In this document: piece after piece, positions 45,299-53,388 of the stretch
Layout: every line of letters begins with the position of its first letter
Numbering within the stretch: the stretch's first letter is position 1
Source of the DNA: Candidatus Sulfopaludibacter sp. SbA3
Lineage (GTDB): Bacteria; Acidobacteriota; Terriglobia; 2-12-FULL-54-10
NCBI GenBank assembly: GCA_945865705.1
Contig: CAMBEY010000001.1
Coordinates: 1-53,388 of the forward strand
Length of the DNA stretch: 53,388 bases
Direction of reading: 5' to 3'
Translations under genes and position numbers: made by a program
The notes under the pieces: model-generated
Database searches by the model: none
The model's input: the letters and a program-made list of their open reading frames with translations, nothing else
Told to the model about the DNA's origin: nothing

Positions 45299-46729
45299 TC
45301 ATAAATTACGAATGAGTTTCTCCGTGGCGGCCAGTGCGTCGTGAACCAGCTTCTCGGTACTGGCCTCGCAGTAGACGCGCAGCAGCGGTTCGGTGCCCGA
45401 CGGGCGCACCAGCAGCCAGCCACTGCCGCCCTGCCCATCGGCAAGATACATCTTCACGCCGTCGAGCGTCTCGCGCTGCTCCACGCTGAATCCAGCATAG
45501 CTGGTTAATCCGGCTGCCGAGGCCTGCTCGATCGCGCGCTCCTTCTGGCCTGCTTTCAGATGGAGATCGACACGACCGTAATAGTGCGGGCCGAACTCGC
45601 GATGCAACTCGTCGACCAACTCACCGAGCGACTTCCCATAATGGGCCATGGCCTCGGCCAGCAGCAAGCCATTCATCATGCCGTCGCGCTCCGGCCCGCC
45701 CAGCGCGGGAACACCGATGCCGCCGCTCTCTTCGCCGCCGATGATCACTTCGCGCGCCAGCATGTGGTCGCAGATATGTTTGAAGCCGATGGGCGTCTCG
45801 ATCAGCTCCAACCCGTGTTTCTTCGCCAGTTGATCCACCAGCTTGGTGGTGGAAAACGTCTTGACCACGGCGCCCTTCAGTTCGCGCACTTCCACCAGAT
45901 ATTGCAGCAGAATGGCGAAGATACGATGCGAGTCGATGAAGCGTCCGTCGCGATCCACCGCGCCGATGCGGTCGGCGTCGCCATCGGTGGCAAATCCGGC
46001 GTCGGCCTGTCGCTCGACCACGGCCTTTTGCAGCGCGGCGATGTGTGGCTCGATCGGCTCGGGATGCAGCCCGCCGAAAAGTGGGTCCGCCTCGCCATGT
46101 ATCTCCGTGCTGCGAATCTTGTAGCGAGTGAAGAGCCGCTGGAAATGTCCGCGCGCCGCGCCGTACAGTGGATCGACGACAAACTGAAAACCGCGCCGGG
46201 CGATGGCATCCAGATGAATTACCTTCTCGAGATGCGCCAGGTACGGCGCAACGAGATCGACCTCTTCGAGAGCGGCGGGCGGGCGGCGCAAGGAATCCTC
46301 GGCGGCCACCCCGGGCAGAACGGCTTCAACTTTTTTGATGATCTCCGGGCCCGCTGAGCCGCCGTAGCTGGCCTTGAACTTGAAGCCGTTCCAGGCCCAG
46401 GGATTGTGGCTCGCGGTGATGACGATGCCTCCGGCGAGCTGATGCTGGCGGATGGCGCAGGCCACCGCCGGAGTGGGAGCATAGCTCGATCCAAGATGCG
46501 CGGGAATGCCTGCGGCGGCGATGGTTTCGGCAGCGGCACGCGCAAAGCGCTCGCTCATGAATCGACAGTCATAACCAATGGCCACACCCTTATCGGCATC
46601 GCCCGTGTCGATAAGATATTGGGCCACGCCGCGCGCTGCCCAGCGGACGTTATCGAACGTGTAATCTTCGGCGATCAGCGCGCGCCAGCCGTCGGTGCCG
46701 AATTTAATGGGACAGGTTGGAGAGGTCAC
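45299..46729 (-). CDS. phosphoglucomutase/phosphomannomutase family protein
   Basis: FGTDGWR N-terminus, active-site TASHNP, metal-binding DGDADR, GEESGG sugar-binding loop. Confidence 0.9.
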   Translation of the reverse strand: MTSPTCPIKFGTDGWRALIAEDYTFDNVRWAARGVAQYLIDTGDADKGVAIGYDCRFMSERFARAAAETIAAAGIPAHLGSSYAPTPAVACAIRQHQLAGGIVITASHNPWAWNGFKFKASYGGSAGPEIIKKVEAVLPGVAAEDSLRRPPAALEEVDLVAPYLAHLEKVIHLDAIARRGFQFVVDPLYGAARGHFQRLFTRYKIRSTEIHGEADPLFGGLHPEPIEPHIAALQKAVVERQADAGFATDGDADRIGAVDRDGRFIDSHRIFAILLQYLVEVRELKGAVVKTFSTTKLVDQLAKKHGLELIETPIGFKHICDHMLAREVIIGGEESGGIGVPALGGPERDGMMNGLLLAEAMAHYGKSLGELVDELHREFGPHYYGRVDLHLKAGQKERAIEQASAAGLTSYAGFSVEQRETLDGVKMYLADGQGGSGWLLVRPSGTEPLLRVYCEASTEKLVHDALAATEKLIRNL

Positions 46730-47862
46730 AGCAACTCTTTCCTTCGCGCCAATTCAAGCTGCTTCACTAATTGTGAAACGTCCTGTGCGCGATCGCGCCG
46801 AGCCACCAACAGGGCGCCACCGGTTTCCACGATCACCAGATCCGTAATGCCGATGGCCGCGAATAACTTTCCGGGCACATCCACCAGCAGGCCGCTGGAA
46901 TCGATCAGCAACGATTCACTGCGCAAGGCATTCGACTGAGAATCCCTTGGGAGCAGGTCGTAGACCGCGTTCCAACTGCCCACATCGCTCCAGCCCACCT
47001 CGCACGGGATGCCCACAATGCCGCGCGCTTTTTCGAGTACCGCGAAGTCCACCGAGATATTCTCGCAGTCCGGATACAGCTCTCGCAACACGCGCTGGCC
47101 GCGGCCCACGGAGGATGTCGCCATGCGCTCACCGATTTTATTCAGTACGGATGCGGTTGCGGGAAGGTGCTGTTGCAATAGTTCACGAAACAACGATGCT
47201 CGCCAAAAGAACATTCCACTGTTCCAGAAAAAGCGTCCGGCCTTCAGATAACGCTGGGCCACACTTAACTTGGGCTTCTCGCGGAAACGCAACACGGGCA
47301 GCGCCTGCGAATTGCGGCGAGCCGGGCGCGCGGAAAACTCCATGTAGCCATAGCCCGTCTCGGGCCAGCGCGGAGCAATCCCCAGCACGACAATCTTATG
47401 GCGCGCGGCCTGCGCCACGGCCAGCCGGAGGACTTTCAGAAACGCGCGCTCGTCTGCAATGGTCTGATCAGAGGGAAACATGCCGAGCACCGCATCGGGA
47501 TCACGCCGCAAAATCAGTTCGGCGGCCAGACCCGCGCACGGCCCTGTGTTGCGCTGGACCGGTTCGGCAATGATCTGCTCGGGCGGCACGCCAGGCAACT
47601 GCTTGCGGACCTGCTTGAGCAGCAGCTCGTTGGTGAACACCCAGATGCGCTCGGCGGGAATCAGCGGAGCAACTCGCGAGACCGTCTGTTGCAACAAGCT
47701 CGCACCGCCGAAAAAATTCATCAACTGTTTCGGATGCGCGGCACGGCTGCGCGGCCAGAAGCGCGTGCCTCGGCCGCCGGCAAGTATCACACCGTGGAGG
47801 TGCGAGTGGAGCGCAGCCGAGTTGGAGGCGACCTTCGTAGTTTTCATGAACGAATCATTCAA
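46726..47862 (-). CDS. mannose-1-phosphate guanylyltransferase (no isomerase domain)
   Basis: VILAGGRGTRFWPRSR nucleotidyltransferase motif. Its stop overlaps the PMM start by 4 nt. The start is TTG 47862 or, more likely, ATG 47847. Confidence 0.88.
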   Translation of the reverse strand: MNDSFMKTTKVASNSAALHSHLHGVILAGGRGTRFWPRSRAAHPKQLMNFFGGASLLQQTVSRVAPLIPAERIWVFTNELLLKQVRKQLPGVPPEQIIAEPVQRNTGPCAGLAAELILRRDPDAVLGMFPSDQTIADERAFLKVLRLAVAQAARHKIVVLGIAPRWPETGYGYMEFSARPARRNSQALPVLRFREKPKLSVAQRYLKAGRFFWNSGMFFWRASLFRELLQQHLPATASVLNKIGERMATSSVGRGQRVLRELYPDCENISVDFAVLEKARGIVGIPCEVGWSDVGSWNAVYDLLPRDSQSNALRSESLLIDSSGLLVDVPGKLFAAIGITDLVIVETGGALLVARRDRAQDVSQLVKQLELARRKELL

Positions 47863-48130
47863 TCCGCGGCCATCAGTGGCTATGTGCGGCTATCCGTAAC
47901 TATCAGGGGTGATCCGCAGCTATCCGCGCGCATTCTCTCTCCGCATTATCAGGAACGGAAGGCAGTCAACCGTCGGGCAACAAATTACTATTCTAACGGT
48001 TTTTCCCGCTTGGCAGGCGGACACCTGTTTGGGACTAGTGATAAACTAAGGGCGCACGGCCCAATTCAAGCGAGCAATTAAAAATCTGCGCGCTGCGCAG
48101 CGGGAGGAAGCCATCAGTATTCGTTTTGCG

Positions 48131-48889
48131 GTGCTGGGCAGCGGCAGCGGCGGAAACTGCACGTTCCTGGCCACGGGAAAAGTAAAGATTCTGGTGGACG
48201 CCGGCTTCAGTGGCCGCGAGACTGAGCGACGGCTAGCGGGCATCGGCGAGCGGCTGGAATCGCTGTCGGCGATTTTGATTACGCACGAGCACTCGGACCA
48301 TGTGGGCGGGCTGGGCCGGCTCGCCAAGAAGTACCGCATTCCGGTGTATATAACGGCTGCGACGCGCGCGGCGCTGTCGCCCCAGATTGAATTGCCCGTG
48401 GTAGAAACCATCGCGCCAGGCCAGGAATTTCAGATCGCCGATCTGACCATTGAGCCGTTCACCATCCCGCACGACGCGGTCGATCCGGTGGCGTATCGCT
48501 TCACGGCGGCCGGGGTTCGCGTGGCGCTGGCGACTGATTTGGGGTATTTGCCGGAGAATGTGAAGCACTACCTGCGCGGCTGTCAGGCGATGATCCTGGA
48601 GTCGAATCACGATCTGGAGATGCTGCGCAGCGGGCCCTATCCATGGCATCTGAAGCAGCGAGTGATGGGCCGGACCGGGCATCTTTCGAATACGGCGCTC
48701 GGCGAATTCCTGCGCGACGAGTTTGACGGCGAAGCGCAGACGGTGATTCTGGCGCATCTGAGCGAGCAGAACAATCATCCGCAGATCGCGCAGATGGAGG
48801 CCGCCGCCGCGCTGGAGACCCGCAACCGCCCGCAAACCCGGGTGGTGATTAGCCAGCAAGACGAAGCCAGCGAATTATTTGAGTATTGA
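48131..48889 (+). CDS. MBL-fold metallo-hydrolase (YycJ/PhnP-like)
   Basis: LGSGSGGN N-terminus, HEHSDH (HxHxDH), C-terminal GHLSN. The true start is probably a few codons upstream of the GTG at 48131 (see findings). Confidence 0.8.
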   Translation: MLGSGSGGNCTFLATGKVKILVDAGFSGRETERRLAGIGERLESLSAILITHEHSDHVGGLGRLAKKYRIPVYITAATRAALSPQIELPVVETIAPGQEFQIADLTIEPFTIPHDAVDPVAYRFTAAGVRVALATDLGYLPENVKHYLRGCQAMILESNHDLEMLRSGPYPWHLKQRVMGRTGHLSNTALGEFLRDEFDGEAQTVILAHLSEQNNHPQIAQMEAAAALETRNRPQTRVVISQQDEASELFEY

Positions 48890-48920
48890 AGAAGCGTAAT
48901 TTTTTGATAGAGGTGATGCT

Positions 48921-50216
48921 TTGATAGCCCGTTATACGCGCCCTGCAATGGGCGCTGTCTGGAGCGAGGAAAACAAGTTTCGCAAGTGGCTGGAAGTGGA
49001 GATAGCCGCCGCCGAGGTGCTCGCCGAGCAGGGCGAGATTCCCGTCGAGGCCGCGCGCGCCATCCGCGAGAAGGCGCGCTTTGATGTGCGTCGCATCAAC
49101 GAGATTGAAGCCGAGGTGAAGCATGACGTGATCGCCTTCACCACGGCCGTGTCAGAAAATCTTGGCCCGGAGTCGCGCTATCTGCACTATGGGCTGACCT
49201 CCAATGACGTAGTGGATACGGCGCAGAACCTATTGCTGCGCGAGGCCTCGGCGATCATCATGGAGGGTCTGCGTAAGCTCAGCGACGTGCTCAAGCGCCG
49301 CGCGCTGGAGTTTCAGCACACGGTCATGATTGGCCGCACGCACGGCGTACACGCCGAACCCATCACCTTTGGATTGAAATTCGCCAACTGGTATTCCGAG
49401 ACGCAGCGCAACATCGCGCGCATGGAGGACGCCGCCACACAGATGGCCGTGGGGAAAATTTCCGGCGCGGTGGGTACTTTCGCGCACGTTGGCCCCGAGG
49501 TGGAAGATAAGATTTGCGCGCGGCTGGGACTCGCGCCAGCGGCGATATCGAGCCAGGTGATTCAGCGCGATCGCCACGCGCATTACGTCTCCACGCTGGC
49601 CTTGATTACCGCCACGCTCGATAAGATCGCGCTCGAGATTCGCGGCCTGCAACGGACGGAAGTGCGCGAGGCGGAGGAGTTCTTCGGCAGTGGACAAAAA
49701 GGCTCTTCGGCCATGCCGCACAAGCGCAATCCCGTAACCTGCGAGCAGATATGCGGACTGGCGCGCGTGGTTCGCAGCAACGCGCAGGCAGCGCTTGAGA
49801 ATGTGGCCCTGTGGCATGAGCGCGACATCTCGCACTCGTCGGTCGAGCGCATCATCCTTCCTGACAGCACCATCCTGACTGACTATCTGCTGGATCGCAC
49901 CACGCGCATTATCGACCAGTTGCTGGTCTATCCCGAGCGCATGATCAAGAATCTGGAGATGACCCGCGGCTTGGTATTTTCCGGCCAACTGTTGCTCGAC
50001 CTGACCACCAAGGGCGCGTTGCGCGAGCAGGCTTATCTGTGGGTGCAGCGCAACGCCATGCGCGCCTGGCAGAACGGCGAGGATTTCCGTGCGCTGGTCG
50101 GCGCCGATGCGGACATCGCGCGCACACTTAGCTCAGCCGAGATCGACAAGGCTTTCTCCGTGCAGCGCCAATTGCGCAACGTGGATGCCATCTTCAAGCG
50201 CGTGTTTGGAGATTGA
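48921..50216 (+). CDS. purB: adenylosuccinate lyase
   Basis: MIARYTRPAMGAVWSE N-terminus (TTG start after AGGTGA) and the fumarate-lyase signature SSAMPHKRNP. Confidence 0.95.
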   Translation: MIARYTRPAMGAVWSEENKFRKWLEVEIAAAEVLAEQGEIPVEAARAIREKARFDVRRINEIEAEVKHDVIAFTTAVSENLGPESRYLHYGLTSNDVVDTAQNLLLREASAIIMEGLRKLSDVLKRRALEFQHTVMIGRTHGVHAEPITFGLKFANWYSETQRNIARMEDAATQMAVGKISGAVGTFAHVGPEVEDKICARLGLAPAAISSQVIQRDRHAHYVSTLALITATLDKIALEIRGLQRTEVREAEEFFGSGQKGSSAMPHKRNPVTCEQICGLARVVRSNAQAALENVALWHERDISHSSVERIILPDSTILTDYLLDRTTRIIDQLLVYPERMIKNLEMTRGLVFSGQLLLDLTTKGALREQAYLWVQRNAMRAWQNGEDFRALVGADADIARTLSSAEIDKAFSVQRQLRNVDAIFKRVFGD

Positions 50217-50285
50217 GCCATAGTGGCAGAAGAACGTTTGAGAACCCAATAGCCAGCGTGACTGGTGCGGGAGAGGAGAATTAGA

Positions 50286-51266
50286 ATGAGCAAGCAACTG
50301 ATCGGGGGGATGGCCATCGCGTTGTGGATGGCGATGCACAGCCTGGCCGTGGCGCAGGAGGCCGCGCCAACCGCGGCGGCCTCGGGCGACGTATATGCCG
50401 ACATTCCGCTCACCCGCGTCAGCATGGTGGTGCCGGAGGGTTTCACGCTCGTGCCCGGCTTCCCCGGCGTTACTCGCGCCGACCGCGGAGCTTCCATCGT
50501 GATTACGGAAGTGCCCGGGCCGTTCAGCGAAGTGATGGATAGCTTCACGCAGGGAGTCGGAACCGACCGTTCCATGCGCATGGTGAAGTCCGAGCAGGTG
50601 CAGGTGAACGGCGTGGAGGGCACGCTCATGGTCATCGCGCGCACCGATCAGGGCACGGTGTTTCATAACTGGCTGCTGCTGTTTGGTCAGGGTCCATCCA
50701 CGGTGATGGTCGCGGCAACGGTGCCGGAGAAGGCCGAGGCCGAGCTTGCCCCATCGTTACGCGCCAGCATGGTGGGCGTCAAATGGGACCCCACCAAAAC
50801 GATTGATCCGTTCTCCGGACTTAGCTTTAAACTGAATTTGGACGATGCCTTCGAGATTCGTGGACGACGCCCCGGCGGCGTGCTGCTGGCGCGCAAGGAA
50901 GCCGAAGAGGCGCTCACGCCCGACGAACCGATCGTATTGATTTTCCCCTCCGATGCCACCGTAGTGGCACCGATTGAGACCTTCGCCAAGGCGGAACTCA
51001 CCGCCAACTCGCAGTTCACTGAAATCACCAACATGATGGAAAGGGCCACCAAGGTTGGCGAATTCAACGCTTACGAAATCACCGCGGAAGCCAAGGAAGC
51101 ATCGCAGCAAGTCCCGGTACGCATCTACCTTATGGTCGTGCGCACGGCAAAGAATGACATGGTGATCGAAGGATTTGTCTCACCGGAAAAGTGGGAACAG
51201 TATCTGCCGGCGTTCCGTTCCATGGCCACCAGCTACACGGAAACGCCGGTTCCGGACCATCACTAA
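50286..51266 (+). CDS. secreted hypothetical protein with apparent internal duplication
   Basis: Signal peptide (MAIALWMAMHSLAVAQEA) and an SD-like GGGAGAGGAG upstream. The two halves have a similar layout (..EV/ITxx....V.G..A......A.........Y/WLxxV/F......V...VP/SPEK.E..LP/AP..R.SM..). Confidence 0.6.
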   Translation: MSKQLIGGMAIALWMAMHSLAVAQEAAPTAAASGDVYADIPLTRVSMVVPEGFTLVPGFPGVTRADRGASIVITEVPGPFSEVMDSFTQGVGTDRSMRMVKSEQVQVNGVEGTLMVIARTDQGTVFHNWLLLFGQGPSTVMVAATVPEKAEAELAPSLRASMVGVKWDPTKTIDPFSGLSFKLNLDDAFEIRGRRPGGVLLARKEAEEALTPDEPIVLIFPSDATVVAPIETFAKAELTANSQFTEITNMMERATKVGEFNAYEITAEAKEASQQVPVRIYLMVVRTAKNDMVIEGFVSPEKWEQYLPAFRSMATSYTETPVPDHH

Positions 51267-51291
51267 TACCTTGTGATGCGTCCAGGCTGAG

Positions 51292-51320
51292 AAGGTGGTC
51301 GCACTTTGCGACCACCTTTT
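51292..51320 (+). terminator. hairpin terminator between convergent genes
   Basis: AAGGTGGTCGC (51292-51302), 5-nt loop, GCGACCACCTT (51308-51318), followed by TT. The T-tract is short. Confidence 0.55.
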
Positions 51321-51322
51321 GA

Positions 51323-52069
51323 CTACAGTCTGTTGATGAGCGCGGCCAGGCAGCCGGCGCCGAAGCCGTTGTCGATGTTAACCACGGCCACGTTGCTCGA
51401 GCAGCTATTCAACATACCGAGCAGCGCGGTTACGCCGCCGAAGCTGGCCCCGTAACCGATGCTGGTGGGCACGGCGATCACCGGAGCGGCGACTAATCCG
51501 GCGACCACGCTGGGCAGCGCGCCCTCCATTCCCGCCGCGCAAATGATCACGCGCGCCGCGGTAAGTTGCTCGTGGTGGTGGAACAGCCGATGAATCCCCG
51601 CCACGCCCACGTCGTAGATATGGGCGACTTCATTGCCCAGCAGTTCCGCCGTGATGACCGCCTCCTCCGCCACAGGAATATCCGACGATCCCGCCGAGAC
51701 CACCAGAATTTTTCCCTTGCCGTGCAACTCGTGATCGCGATGAATGGCGATGCAGCCGGAGAGCGGGTGGAAAACGGCGAGCTTCGTCATACGTTTCAAG
51801 CGTGCGGCCGCCACCGCGCTGGCACGCGTTACCAGCACGTTTGGCGAGCGCTTCATCATTTGCCGCACAATACGCTCGATCTGTTCCGGCGTCTTCCCCG
51901 CTCCGTAGACCGTCTCGGTCATGCCCTGTCGCAACATGCGATGATGATCGATTTTGGCGAAATCAAGGTCTTCGAACGGCAGATGCTTTAGCTTGGCGGC
52001 GGCACGCAGCGGAGTGAGCTTGCCGCTGCGCACATCCTCGAGCAGTTTGAGAATCTGACGTTCCGTCAT
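51323..52069 (-). CDS. larB: nickel-pincer cofactor biosynthesis protein LarB (PurE-like NaAD carboxylase/hydrolase)
   Basis: FEDLDFAKIDHHR, ETVYGAGKT, SAGSSDIPVAEEA, AAGMEGALPSVVAGL and NIDNGFGAG motifs. ATG at 52069 (MTERQILK) is preferred over the 47-codon upstream extension. Confidence 0.88.
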   Translation of the reverse strand: MTERQILKLLEDVRSGKLTPLRAAAKLKHLPFEDLDFAKIDHHRMLRQGMTETVYGAGKTPEQIERIVRQMMKRSPNVLVTRASAVAAARLKRMTKLAVFHPLSGCIAIHRDHELHGKGKILVVSAGSSDIPVAEEAVITAELLGNEVAHIYDVGVAGIHRLFHHHEQLTAARVIICAAGMEGALPSVVAGLVAAPVIAVPTSIGYGASFGGVTALLGMLNSCSSNVAVVNIDNGFGAGCLAALINRL

Positions 52070-52198
52070 CTGAATTGCCCCGATACCGTATAATAAAGTT
52101 CCGCCGCGCCAGGCACCCAAATTGTCAGGCACCCGCTTTGCCAGGCCCAGGGTTGATTGTACACGGGCCGCGCCCGGCGGGATGGCCCAGACTATACG

Positions 52199-53110
52199 AT
52201 GACTATGCAATCCAGATCACCAGACTCCTCTTCGGTCCGGCCCCTGTCCGGTTGGCGCAATTTTCGCGTCACTCTGGAGATGATCAAGGTGGAACACTCC
52301 ATCTTCGCGCTGCCGTTTGCGCTGATCGGCGGACTGCTCGCCGCGCGCGGATGGCCCACGGGCCATCAGCTCTTGTGGATTATCGTCGCCATGATCGGCG
52401 CGCGCTCGGCGGCGATGAGTTTCAACCGCCTTGTAGACCGCCGCATTGACGCCGCCAATCCACGCACCGCCGGTCGCGCGCTGCCCGCCGGACAACTGAG
52501 CGTAGCGTACGTCGCCGGGTTCGCCGTGATTTCTTCGGCGGTCCTGGTCCTCGCCGCGGCGCGACTGAATCGATTGGCATTGTTACTTTCTCCCTTGGCC
52601 CTGGTCATTTTATTCGCATACTCCTACACCAAGCGCTTCACTTTCCTGTCGCACCTCGTACTCGGGTTCTGCCTGGGCATCGCGCCCGCCGCCGCCTGGA
52701 TCGCCGTGCGCGGCACGCTGGACGGGGAGATACTTCTGCTCACCGGCGCGGTAACGCTGTGGACGGCAGGCTTTGACGTGCTCTACGCCTGCCAGGATAT
52801 CGACTTTGATCGGCGCACCGGACTGCACAGTATTCCGCAACGCTGGGGGATTGCGCGTTCGCTTCATGTCGCCATCTTATTTCACATCCTGATGCTGGGG
52901 TTGCTGATCTGGCTGGCCTGGATTTCACAACTTGGCTGGCTCAGTTTTCTGGGACTCGGCGTGGTTGGAGCACTGCTAGTCTATGAGCACAGCTTAGTGA
53001 AAGCGGACGATCTTTCAAAGTTGGACGCCGCGTTCTTCACCACCAACGGCTGGATCGGCGTGCTCTTGTTGCTCTTCTGGAGCACTGATATACTCTGGTT
53101 CTTAAAGTAG
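52199..53110 (+). CDS. UbiA-family aromatic prenyltransferase (4-hydroxybenzoate polyprenyltransferase-like)
   Basis: Polytopic membrane protein with NRLVDRRIDAANPRT (NxxxDxxxD) and a second Asp-rich motif (YACQDIDFDRRTG). ATG at 52199; the track ORF begins at TTG 52157. Confidence 0.85.
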   Translation: MTMQSRSPDSSSVRPLSGWRNFRVTLEMIKVEHSIFALPFALIGGLLAARGWPTGHQLLWIIVAMIGARSAAMSFNRLVDRRIDAANPRTAGRALPAGQLSVAYVAGFAVISSAVLVLAAARLNRLALLLSPLALVILFAYSYTKRFTFLSHLVLGFCLGIAPAAAWIAVRGTLDGEILLLTGAVTLWTAGFDVLYACQDIDFDRRTGLHSIPQRWGIARSLHVAILFHILMLGLLIWLAWISQLGWLSFLGLGVVGALLVYEHSLVKADDLSKLDAAFFTTNGWIGVLLLLFWSTDILWFLK

Positions 53111-53136
53111 ACAGGCAGTTGCGAACGCGGGTTTGC

Positions 53137-53388
53137 ATGTCATCATCTTCCTCTGGCAATAACCCCAACACCACTTCCAACGCGCCGACAGGTGATCCCA
53201 TCGTCTACCAGAAACGTGGGTTCTGGAGTTTGTTTGCCGCCGCGTTTCAGGAAGCATTCAACGATCTCTCCTTCCGCACGCTGGTAACTTTTTTTGTGCT
53301 GGGGCTGGGACTCTCGCAGGCGGATCGCAACTCACTGGTCTCCCTGACGCTGGCGTTGTTCGCGCTTCCTTTTTTGCTGTTCTCCATG
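53137..53388 (+). CDS. MFS-type transporter (LplT/Aas N-terminal-like), 3' end outside window
   Basis: Not in the ORF track because no stop is reached. From the ATG at 53137 it reads MSSSSSGNN...RGFWSLFAAAFQEAFNDLSFRTLVTFFVLG..., resembling the F..QF.GAFNDN.F start of lysophospholipid-transporter MFS proteins. Confidence 0.55.
   Translation, partial: MSSSSSGNNPNTTSNAPTGDPIVYQKRGFWSLFAAAFQEAFNDLSFRTLVTFFVLGLGLSQADRNSLVSLTLALFALPFLLFSM

Noticed and set aside
44001-45344. 447-aa ORF antisense to murA. Similar long antisense ORFs are 40133-41068 (metG), 45560-46357 (PMM), 42365-42937 (tatD), 49230-49988 (purB), 48233-48859 (MBL), 13587-14387 (dehydrogenase), 1905-2747 (SBBP) and 19246-19866 (sufD).
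   Set aside because: Each overlaps a confidently identified gene on the other strand and has Arg/Ala/Gly/His-dominated, motif-free sequence. These are not independent genes.
51323-52210. Full-length 295-aa version of the larB ORF
   Set aside because: The first 47 codons (MHSHRIVWAIPPGAARVQ...) are not LarB-like and would overlap the divergent promoter region. MTERQILK at 52069 matches the family N-terminus.

Overview
High-GC bacterial chromosomal segment. Gene content and GC-rich REP-like hairpin repeats suggest an Acidobacteriota-like organism, but that is inference only. About 45 credible CDS, mostly housekeeping. They include valS, birA, coaX, a RumA-type RNA methyltransferase, comEC, and a complete suf Fe-S operon (sufB-C-D-S-U, DUF59, Rrf2 regulator, mrp/apbC). 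A same-strand uvrA / DHS-like / CPBP protease / mtnA cluster follows, then metG, tatD, murA, PMM plus manC, purB, larC, larB, a UbiA-type prenyltransferase and a partial MFS gene. I found no rRNA, tRNA, CRISPR array, transposase or integrase. Many long ORFs in the track are antisense artefacts typical of high-GC DNA. Six things stand out. (1) A stand-alone DUF2075-type PD-(D/E)xK nuclease plus SF1 helicase gene sits behind 913 bp of repeat-dense non-coding DNA (51-bp tandem repeat, G-quadruplex-type heptad tracts, an inverted-repeat-bounded hairpin cluster) and is followed by REP-like hairpins. This is the best candidate for an inserted accessory or defence module. (2) An AT-rich orphan DUF2971 gene lies between tatD and murA. 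(3) A PLP-dependent decarboxylase is broken by a frameshift inside a (CG)n run. (4) larC carries a 7 x 15-bp in-frame repeat. (5) A short dispersed repeat has a compensatory base-pair change in its hairpin. (6) DUF59, Mrp and DUF971 lie close together. No multi-gene novel system is demonstrable from sequence alone. All functional calls come from motif recognition by eye, not database searches.
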